Of a DNA stretch of 64,000 nt, positions 54,041 through 64,000 are shown piece by piece. The notes beneath the pieces are model-generated. The model had not been told where the DNA came from, made no database searches, and was given only the letters and a program-made list of their open reading frames with translations. Location: NCBI GenBank assembly GCA_038496445.1, contig JALMLS010000213.1:1-64000 (forward strand). The letters are read 5' to 3'. Position 1 is the first letter of the stretch. Every line of letters starts with the position of its first letter. This DNA comes from Trichosphaerium sp. ATCC 40318. Its lineage: Eukaryota > Protista > Tubulinea. The position numbers and the translations under genes are program-made.

Positions 54041-55582
54041 ATGACTGAGCCACAAAAGAAGAGAAAATTAAACGTACAGGCGGAAGGAATGACAAATAGT
54101 TGTGAACCGCAACAAAAGAAGAGGAAACTGAATACAAAGACTGAGACAACGACTGAAATACCAGAAACAGCAACAGAAAGTTCAATACAGTTTAAATGTG
54201 GTGATTTTAGCTTTACGTTATCGGAAGAGCTTCTAAACGCACATTCATCATCTCTTTTCGCGTCTAAAGTACATTTTGAATCACTGCAAGATAATTCGTC
54301 AACAACGACCGTTTTGGAGGAATGTAGGTACGTTCGATCCTATCAAGGTTAAAGAGCGCTCACTTGCGTACCAGCCATTCGAATTATCTTCCAACGATTG
54401 TGAGTTTGATGAAAAACGAAGAACAGAAGAGTATTAAAGACGCTTCCAATTTATGGTTTGCAGCAGAATACTATGGTGTACCCATTGTTTGGGCAGATAT
54501 AAATATGGATCTAAGCACGTGCTAAACAGCTACTCCCATTTGTTTTGACAACGCTATAGAGTACAAGTTGCCAGTTTTAGCGGTTACAAACATTCTCGCA
54601 CGAATACGGACCTGTTGGAAGAGTCTACAAGAAGAACTACGAGGTCCTGTAAGTTATGCTCAACTCACTTAGTGTCTGGTAGCCTGATAAGAAATAGGCA
54701 GAGACTGGTCTCAATTCTGTAGTTATTGGTATGACAAAGAACAATGCGGAACACCCAACAAAGTATTTAAAGACTGAACTGGGTAGACACGCACTTGAAA
54801 AGTACTTTAAATACTGTGACTTGGTATGATGTTACATAAGTGTTGTTTTTATTAATCCTTTAAAGCACTACAAATATACAACAGATTTTCGTGGCAGAGA
54901 AAAAATAACTCTGTTTTGGACTGACAATGAAGTTCCACCGGAAGTTGTGTACGAAAGATGTATTGATGTAATTGCAGGTAGATTCTGGGAGTTTGCAAAT
55001 TTGAGTAAGCTAAAATACAAGGAGTGTATTCTAATGTACCCGCTCAGCTGAAGAATTATGGGCTAAATCACAATTTAAAAGATGGAACTTTCTTTATGAG
55101 GATAACGAGGCTATACGCAAAGGTTACTTACAAGAAGCAGTTATAGGAGGTTTGGAATTCATCATCTTATATCATACCATTGGCACAGAGTATCCTAAAG
55201 ATGTACACTATGATCATGTGATATCTACTTCGTATGTTTCCGGTTGTAAAAACACTGTATCAAATGATTGTATGGTAGGGCAAACCACATATGTTCTGTA
55301 AAGGCTGTAGCAAACGATGAAGAGCTACGGAAAAAACTTAGTTCACTATTATCTGAATTTGTAGAAGTAGCAGTACGTTTTTTTGCTTTACTTCCTTACC
55401 TTAGAATAATATGTTGATTAATTTAACGAAATACACAGACTGCAGGTGGAGAAAAGGTTTACAATGAAAATAACGTGACAATAACATTAAAAATTCCAAA
55501 AGTAAGTAAAGATATGGTTGATGATTTTTTGCCAATGTACCTCGCACCATACAAGCAACCTCCAAAAAAACGTGAAAAATAA
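54041..55582 (+). CDS. Clade A NLS-BTB family protein with duplicated NLS (A19)
   Basis: MTEPQKKRKLN...EPQQKKRKLN; all exon motifs present; TAA 55580-55582. Confidence 0.82.
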
Positions 55583-55900
55583 AATTATTACTAGCATTCA
55601 AAGACTACTAACGTGAGCGACAATATTCCAATTAGAATACAAAAAAGTCGTAATTAAATACTAGAACCATATCAACAAACAATTCTTCATTTGACGTGTC
55701 AAAGTGTCAAGTGTCAAATGTCTAATAATTCAGTGAACTCATTTTATTTTCTAAAACAGACTGATTTCAACCTGCGCTACGTGCTGTTAATTTTTTACTC
55801 ACAATGCATAAGAACTAGAAACTCGCTAGTTCATATTCTTGACGTCGCCTTTGAAGAGCACCTTTCATGACCATTTTATTGCTGATGTTAGTCAAACTGG

Positions 55901-57323
55901 TTAATGTGGTGACCCTGGAGGTCGGTGTCGATCATATGGAGTAAGGTATAGTGGTAAAAAATCATCGAGCATAGAGTCTTCAACTTTTGGAATTGACACT
56001 GTGATTGAGTACATCTCTTTAGTATGTATCTTGTCTTCTATGAAAGTCTGGTGCCAACAAAATATTACAATGCAGGTAAAAAACCAAGAAACGTACTGCT
56101 ACCTCTAAGAATGTGCACAATATACTTGTAATTTTTTTCCGCATATGTGCATAACGTATAACAGTTGCTGCGCAGGTAAGGCTCATTCGGCTACAACAAG
56201 TAAATACAACAAAATACAAATACTAGCATACTTGGGTTCCATCTTGTAATCGTAGGGAATGTTTATCTGATCCTTCATATTGTGATATAAAAAAGTAAAT
56301 TGTAATGCTCCTGTTGATGCATGTTGGATATAGGCATTACGTATAGCTGCCTTATTGCAATATAGTTCGTTCCATCTTGTAAATTGTGCTCTTGCCCATA
56401 GCTCTTCCGCTAAAGACAATCAGAAACATTTGGTAGATAAAGATATAACGTACTCAAGTTTGCATACAGCCATTTTTTTCCTGAAATTGCATCAATACGT
56501 CTTGCTTTTACAACCTCAGCTCCAACTTCGTAGTCAGTCCAAATTACAGTTACTAGTGTCCTTTTAGCTTCAGCTATTCGCGTGAAATGCTAGTAGGAGA
56601 TAAGGTGACTAGTTAATATCTACATCATACCAAGTTACATTGTGCAAAGTACTTTGCAAATGCAGCTCTACCAAGCTCTGTATTTAAATATTTTTGGTCT
56701 CTCTCACTACAAACAGGTGCTGACATATCCCCAGCATCTGCCTATTACAGTTAGATGTGGTTACAGGTAAGCAATACCTTTCTTTTTAGGAAAGATTGTA
56801 GTATTTCCCATAAATCTCGTATTTGTTCAAAAATACCTGTTACAGTAATGACTCCCAGCTTACTTGCTATGTAGGTGTCAATATGTAGTTTAGAAGACAA
56901 TGCTTAGCACGTGCCAAAAGGCATATTTATATCTTTCCAAACGATAGACACACCATAGTATTCTGCTGCAAACCACAAACTAGCAGGATCTTTGATACTC
57001 GACATTTCCTCGTTTTTCATCAAACTCAATATTGTTGGGAGATACTTTGAATGGCTGTTGTTTTCGTTATTGCAAGTATGTTATAACTACAACGACATCC
57101 AAGCGTAGACGTACCTACATTCCTCCAATAGCGTTGTTTTTGTTGAATTATCTTGTAATGATTCAAAATGTACTTTAGACGCGAAAAGAGATGATGAATA
57201 CGCGTTTAGAAGGTCCTCCGATAGTGCAAAGCTAAAATCACCACATTTAAATTGTATTAGTGTTGGTTTTGCTGTTTCTGTCTTTGGATTTAATTTCCTC
57301 TTCTTTTTACGCGGTTCGGACAT
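55901..57323 (-). CDS. Clade A NLS-BTB family protein (A20), closest to A17
   Basis: MSEPRKKKRKLNP; exon 6 is nearly identical to that of A17; ends HRPPGSPH*. Confidence 0.8.
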
Positions 57324-57585
57324 TATCTACTTACCAGTATTAGGAAGGTTAAGTTGACTTGAAACTACCTTCTGTGTACATTTTCGCTTCTCTTTCTACA
57401 CGTTCTCACAGTAGTTTCTACTTTTAGCACAGTACGCTGCCTTATCAAACGATGTGCTAGCAATAAAAACCTCCAAAGCGTGTAAAGGTTATTTTCTGAC
57501 CTTACTAAAAAAGTAAAAACTAAGTAACTAGTTATTTTTACTCAACGTTGAAAAAGCAAACATTAATTTTCTTTCAACGTGCAAC

Positions 57586-59318
57586 ATGAGCGAACCCAAA
57601 CGCAACAGATCAAATATAGGCAATGATATCTACGAACAAGAACATTTTCACACCCGCACATCACCTCCAGCTGAAAATTCAACCCCACCTCGATCACCTG
57701 CTTATAGTTACAACGCAGCATCACGCTCTAGCTTTCCGCCTACCCCACCTGGATCTCCTGGTTATGAACCCTCTTCACTCATTCATACCCCTGCGTCACC
57801 TTCGCCTACCCCACCTGGCTCACCCTACTTTATTACCACCCCAACATCACCTTCGTATTCACAAACAGATTGCAATCAATCAGAGGAACAAAGTATCGAA
57901 TGGTACATTTATTAAACGGTGCTCCGTTACTCACTATTGTAGCGATCTGGATACATACTACAGAACTGTAGTGTTGCCACTGGGCCCACCTCCAAGAACA
58001 CCTGGTCGCCCTGTACTATTCGTTGAACAGGACTTGCATTTTGAGTTATCAGAAGAAATACTTCGTATCTATCGCACTTCGTACTTTGCTAATTTATACA
58101 ACGATATAAACCAAAACGTGAATGCCTATGGGGAAATTATACTTCCACCTTCAAGGTATGTTGGTTGATTTTAACCACTCTTTAAAACTACTTAACACAG
58201 ATTCCATGAACTTCTTGAACAACTTGTACTTCTTATGAAGGATGAAAATGGCCAGCGAGCCATTCCTCATAACCTGATGTATCTTGCAGCAACCCATTAT
58301 GGTATTGACCCTAGAATAATAACACCTGAGCGTACTTAATGAGGGCGTATCTTTAGATACTAAGAACTTTACTAGCAACAAAGGAAATGCTTCTTAAACT
58401 AACAATAGATTACTTCAGATTATTCTTAAATGAGCTGAATGATAACATGCAGAAAACGGTGCGTTGATTATAGTAATGGGCTAGTAGTAATTTGATTGAT
58501 TTAAATAGGCAACAGATGGTCATTTTTCGTACACAAAAAGGCTACATGAACGCAATCCGATTATAACTGATAACTTTGCTCTTCTGCAACAATATCTGGG
58601 TACCCACAAGTGCTAACGTTTATCCGATAAGCTCACAATTATGTAAAACACGATGATGGTACATTCTCTCTTACTATTCATTGGAACGAGGCTAGACTAG
58701 ATCAAGATGATCATGGTATCAAATAATTGGCTAAAGTTTGCTGTTCTATGTACATGAGCTAAGGCAACCAATATTGACTTTAGTGTAGGCAAAAGACTTT
58801 ATGCGAAAGCTATTCATGCTAGATGGGAAGAGGTAAAACGTCATGACACACGCGTTCACCAAGAGTTCTTGAACCAAACATCACCATATGAACGAAGTAT
58901 ATTTAGAGTAGCTCTAATTTACGCTAGCAATGCTGAAATCATCAATTACGATAATTTCCAATTCGATAGACACGTGAACTACAGAGTGCCTCTGTACGTA
59001 TTATATTCTGGTTGCCAACTCAGCTTATAATAGATCAAACACACTTTTCTTTGCCCAGCACGAAAATGCAGTTATAGAGGATAATATTCACTGTATGAAG
59101 TTGCGCGACCATTATTGTAAACTCTTCGATACTGTACGTGTACAAGAATACAATGTAAAGCTCATTACATTGTTAAGGTATGCTGTAATGACGTTATTGC
59201 CGAGGAAAATAGCTGCCTTATGACGTTTATTGTTCCAAAAGTAGAGATAGTAGAAAAATATATTCGTGAGAGCCATAACAAACTCAACGTGTATGACATG
59301 TGCCAACCCAATTATTAA
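57586..59318 (+). CDS. Clade B Pro/Ser-rich BTB-like protein, paralogue of 41877; 3' half possibly disrupted
   Basis: SP/TP-rich N-terminus; PLGPPPRTPGRPVLFVEQD. Deletions relative to the 41877 copy near 58600 and 58705 suggest decay. Confidence 0.55.
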
Positions 59319-59513
59319 TAAACACGTTTATTTTGTATCTTGGCTTGAGAAAACATAGCCTACTGTAACATGTTAATTACTGTTCTTTAATGCCAGTATG
59401 TTTTCGGCTGAACATACTGCCTGAGTACGTAGTGAAAATTACCATAGCTAGAATACTGAGCATCCACAAAGGTGATTTCTTGCTTTGTGATTTAATCTAA
59501 TTCAAGCGGAATG

Positions 59514-61031
59514 CTAATTGCTTGCTTGTTTAATTGTCTTAGGAACCCGTAGTTGATCATATGGTGTGAGATACAGTGGCATATAATCTTCAAGCACAGA
59601 TTTGGTAATTTCTGGGATTGACAATGTGATTGTTAACGTGTCATCGCTGTAGATCTTTTCTTCCACACAAGTCTTTAAAATTATTAGCAAAGCAAAAGCA
59701 GTAAAAAACCGTGACAAGTAAATAGTACTGCATTGATAAAACGTACTGCTACTTCCAAGAATGCACACATTAGACTAACAAGCTTTCTGCGCTTCAACTG
59801 ATCATTGACTATGTTTTTAACACAACATATAGTGCCTTGTCTACAACATGTGCATTACCATAATACAGAATTCCAAAACTTTAGACATACCGAACAGTAA
59901 TGAGGTAATCATAGTAAACATCAGCTGGAAGGTCTATGCTTGACGAATGATACATAATAACAAATTTTAATGATCCTATTGCTGCCTCTCTTACATAAGC
60001 ATTGCGTAAAGGCGGTCTCTGGTAGTTCAAAAAGTTCCATCTTTTGTATTGAGATTTGGCCCATAGTTCTTCAGCTAAAGAGGTACATAAGGAACAAAGG
60101 CACTAAATACAAACATACTTAAGTTGGCAAACTTCCAAAATTTACCAGCAACCGCCCTACTACATCTCTCTTGTACAACTTCAAGTCCAACTTCATTGTC
60201 TGTCCAAAACACTGCCATTTGTTCTATGCCATTTTTATCATTGATACACCTACAGTGCTATATACAATGAGGTTAGGTTACTGCAATCACTTGTTAACTA
60301 ATACCAAGTTACAGTGTTTGAAGTACTGCTCCACCGCAGCTCTCCCGAACTCTGTCTTTAAATATCGTGTTGGAGGTTTCGCATTACCCTTTACTTCTCC
60401 AATACAGTACGATTCAAAGCCTTCCTCCGCCTGGGTATAAATTAGTCTTATAGTATTGTATGGGTACCAAAGTATACAGGGGCGGTAAGTTCATCTTGTA
60501 GCTTTTCCCAAAGCTTTTTGACTTGTTCAAGGCTGTGTGTAACTGCAACAATTGTAATCTTCTTCGCTACACGTTTGTGAGTAGAAGTACTTTGGCCGTC
60601 ACGTGTACAAAAAGGCATAGGCAAGTCTTTCCAAACAATGGGTATGCCATAGTATTCAGCTGCAAACCATAAATTAGTGGGATCGTCAACGATCTCCATT
60701 CGCTCTCGTTTCATAAGTTTCAAGATAATTGGAAGAAACTTTGAATGGCTGTTTGTTGGTACTGTCAGCTTATACGCGTGAAAGAGGGTTATGGTACGTG
60801 CCTACATTCCTCCAGAATCGTTGTTTTTGAAGAATTATCGTGTAGTGATTCGAAGTGGAGTTTAGACGCAAACAACGATGAAGGGTATGCGTTGAGAAGC
60901 TGTTCTGGAAGCGTAAAGCTAAAATCACCACATTTAAACTGTGCTGGTGGTTTTTCTGCGTTTATAATCGCTCTAGCCGTTGTATCCATCTTTGGATTCA
61001 GTTTTCTCTTCTTTTGTTGTGGTTCAGACAT
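59514..61031 (-). CDS. Clade A NLS-BTB family protein (A21)
   Basis: Exon 1 is ORF 60789-61031; the last exon lies in ORF 59514-59768; intron 1 donor GC, intron 2 donor GT. Confidence 0.8.
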
Positions 61032-61398
61032 AGAAACGGGATTTCAGTCAATAGAAATGGCGAAAAATTTGTGCACAGCTTGAATGATACGGACAATACT
61101 TCAAAGAATGAGCTAACGAACTTTTTAGCTTTTGTCAGAGTAGACAGAACGTTTGATAGGCAGTGAATTATCTTGTAGTGATTCAAAGTGGAGTGTAAAC
61201 GCAAACAACGATTTTTAATTTTATTTCCGGAGAGCGTGTCGCCTTGGTTTAGCATCAATGCTGGGTATAGAATGCTTTTGTGTAACGAAGAGGATACTAT
61301 ATTTTATACATAAGTTGTAGGTCGCTACAAAGCGTTACATCTCGGACTCTCACGGAGCCCGTTGAGTCTCGGCTTACTGAATATCCTCTTATACTGGA

Positions 61399-62905
61399 CT
61401 ACTCCTGCTTAATTCGTTCTCGATCATATGGTGTGACGTATAGTGGTAAAAAATCATCAAGAATAGCTTTATCAATTTCAGGTATTGCAAATGTGATTGT
61501 AAAAATGTTTTCATCGTAGAGCTTTTCTTCAACGAAAGTCTATGGTTAATAATTAACATTCAATGTAAGTGAGAACAAGAAACGTACTGCAACACCCAAC
61601 AACACAACAAGTACCCCAGCTAGCTTGTCTCGCAACATTTTGTTGCTCAGCATAGTTTCAACTGAACATGCATGCTTTGGACTAAAAGGGCAGGTTAGTG
61701 TTCGCTTTTAGATTAATGCTAGGCATACTCAGCACGAATGCGGTAATTGCAGTTGATGTGGTTGGGTTCTACTTCGGTTGAATGATACAAAACAATAAAT
61801 TGCAACTCTCCTAGCGATGACACGTTTGCAAATGCTGCACGTAATTTTGGACCCCCAGAGTACAGATCATTCCATCTTTCATATTGCATCTTGGCCCACA
61901 GCTCTTCTGCTAAGCGGGGTCACAAAACAATAGTAGTAAAGATAAGTTAATGTACTCAAGGTTGCATATTCCCATTTGTGACCTGCAATGGATTTAACAA
62001 AATTTTCTTTTATTACTTTAACTCCAACTTCAGTGTCTGTCCAAAACACTGCTACTTCTTCATTGCCATCTTTATCTTTAATGTATTTATAGTGCTTGTA
62101 ATGAGATTAGGTAACCGCCAAAGTTATTTGTCTCGTACCAAGCTACAAAGGTCAAAGTACTTCTCCATCGCAGCTCTACCAAACTCTGTCCTTAAAAATA
62201 GTGTTGGATGTTTCGCATTACTGTTTATACCGCCAATAGAATAAGAATGTAAACCTTTCTTTGCCTGTTTTCGAGTTAGGAATGTAGTGAGTTCCATCAA
62301 CGCACAAGAACAATAAGTTCATCTTGTAATCTTTCCCAGAGCTCTTGTACTTGCTCGAGAATATATGTTACAGCTGTAATTACTATTCTATTCGCTACAA
62401 AGGATGTTAGTACCTAAAAGACCTTGAGACCACGTGTACGATAAAGCATTTTTATCTCTCTCCACGCAATAGGTACGCCATAATATTGTGCCGCATAATA
62501 TAAATTGGAGGCATCTTTAACACCAGCTATGCTTTCTTTTTTCATTATACTCACGATTGTCGGAAGATGTTTTGAATGGCTACAATCGATATTTAAACTC
62601 ATTACTAGCTAAAGTACACGGACCTGCATTCCTCTAAAAGCGTTGTTGATTCTGACGATGAATTATCTTGTAGTGATTCAAAATGTACTTTAGACGCGAA
62701 AAGAGACGATGAATACGCGTCGAGAAGCTCTTCCGATAACGTAAAGCTAAAATCACCACATTTAAACTGTATTGAACTTTCTGTTGCTGTTTCTGTTGTT
62801 TCAGTGGTCGTATTAAGTTTCCTCTTGTTGCGGTTCAGGTTCTTCCTTTGTTGCAACTTCTGGTGTTGAATTCAGTTTCCTCTTATTTTTGTGTGGTTCA
62901 GACAT
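61399..62905 (-). pseudogene. Clade A copy with duplicated NLS and a frameshift in exon 1 (A22)
   Basis: ATG 62905 reads MSEPHKNKRKLNSTPEVATKEEPEPQQEET*. The BTB continues in another frame (ORF 62605-62856) and the remaining exons look intact, so an assembly indel is possible. Confidence 0.6.
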
Positions 62906-63474
62906 TGCGTGCAAGGTGTATAAAACGTTCTACACATTTTTTTATAGTGATTGATCAGTTGGCACTTGAAGTGCCGTGTACTCTGATCAGTGAGATAATA
63001 GGTTAAATCCATTTTTTTAGTTGCGCCTATTAAGGAAAGGGTAGAGGATCTCGAGTAGTGATTGTAAGTACATGCAACATATTTGTACACAGAGATTTTA
63101 TTTTTATGGTTTTGCTTGAACTCTTGCAATCATTATTACGGGTGTGCACTGATCTTGGAGACATAAAAATCCCTCTTGGTACAATACAAACACTACCTTA
63201 ACTTAATACCGTCGATGCTTTTCAGGGATTGGTTACAGGAACGAGTATAGCTGAGGTAACCTTCTATTGGATGAATATGTCACCATTTCAGGCGTTTGAA
63301 TTCGTGAGACCGAAGCTCAACATTGATCTCAACAGAAGACGCATTAACACAATTAAACTATGGCTAATATCAACAACACCCACAAACCCCCTAACCAAAT
63401 TCAATCAAACTCAAACATGACTAAACCGCCAAACCTTGCTACCAGAGCAAGGTTGTGTCTAGTGATCAGTGTGC

Positions 63475-63716
63475 AATCATAGGGACACACTCCAGGGATA
63501 TTGGTCAGCAATCAAGTATTACGGCACCTCGAGTGCCAAGTGATTGAAAACTATGGTGGTAGAATATTAACACCCGTAACCACCCTTACCAAAAAACTCA
63601 TAGTAATCAAAGGGACACACTCAAGGGATAATGGTCAGCAATCAAAGTATTACGGCACCTCGAGTGCCAAGTGATTGAAAACTATGGTGGTAGAATAATA
63701 ACACCTGTATCCACCC
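63475..63716. repeat. Two ~130-bp direct repeats with stem-loops; a diverged inverted copy of the core lies at ~62944-63000
   Basis: agggacacactc.agggata.tggtcagcaatcaa(a)gtattacggcacctcgagtgccaagtgattgaaaactatggtggtagaata at 63481 and 63611. Confidence 0.92.
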
Positions 63717-64000
63717 CAACCCCTTGAAAACTTCATTTTCTTTCCAAAACTTTTCTTCTCTTTTCCTTTTTTTTTTACCATTTATTTCTTTTTCTTGAAA
63801 AATTCACATCTTGTATGTAATGTAATTCGCACAAGTGCGCTGTAGTGTTTTATGTACAAATATACACGACATCAGTGCGCTATTGATAGCCACTAAGACG
63901 TTGTCTTTCCTCCCAAACAATCGCATATTAGTTGTCTAGCTGGCGCAACGGTTATTCTAGCGATTCAAAAATAGCTAAAGAGCTGATTTAGTAAATACAC

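Noticed and set aside
9101-61083. Recurrent ORFs containing KLKSPHLNC
   Set aside because: They are the reverse-complement reading of conserved BTB exon 1, not a separate gene family.
61162-61212. 50-bp duplicate of A21 exon-1 sequence
   Set aside because: Tiny local duplication scar with no ORF or further structure.
95-62905. The repeated unit as a transposon family
   Set aside because: No shared terminal repeats, TSDs or transposase/RT motifs; homology is limited to exons and some introns.
63475-63716. CRISPR array
   Set aside because: Only two ~130-bp units that are similar along almost their whole length, with no repeat/unique-spacer alternation and no cas genes; the context is eukaryotic.
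1-64000. Alternative genetic code or stop-codon readthrough to explain the fragmented ORFs
   Set aside because: Removing short GT/GC-AG introns gives open frames under the standard code (checked fully for A1 and A14).

Overview
AT-rich eukaryotic (probably protist) genomic DNA with very short spliceosomal introns (~35-55 nt; donor consensus GTACGT/GTATGT, CTAAC-like branch point close to the AG). About three quarters of the window is one tandem/inverted gene array of ~31 loci. About 23 loci (intact, truncated or decayed) belong to an 8-exon 'clade A': N-terminal SV40-type NLS (PQKKKRKL), a degenerate KCTD/T1-type BTB/POZ domain (FKCGDFSFTLS..LL..YPSSLFA...YLPTILSLM...AAEYYGV) and a ~250-aa C-terminal region I cannot name (motifs KTELGR, W.D.EVGP, EELWA...W). 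About 8 loci are more divergent 'clade B' relatives, some with Pro/Ser-rich N-termini. The window also holds an F-box/22-aa-LRR gene, an intronless canonical KCTD-type BTB gene and a tandem pair of secreted proteins with bacterial-looking domains. Main points of interest: (1) the array has a near-invariant BTB exon, variable downstream exons and patchwork (gene-conversion-like) sharing of exons and introns, which suggests a diversifying nuclear Cullin-adaptor repertoire; (2) very frequent GC-AG introns, with GT/GC switching at homologous positions; (3) a structured ~130-bp repeat with compensatory base changes at the right end; (4) a dispersed TGTCA/TTCAGTGAA palindromic intergenic element. 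Gene spans were spliced by eye and not every exon of every copy was checked for intactness. No database searches were run.
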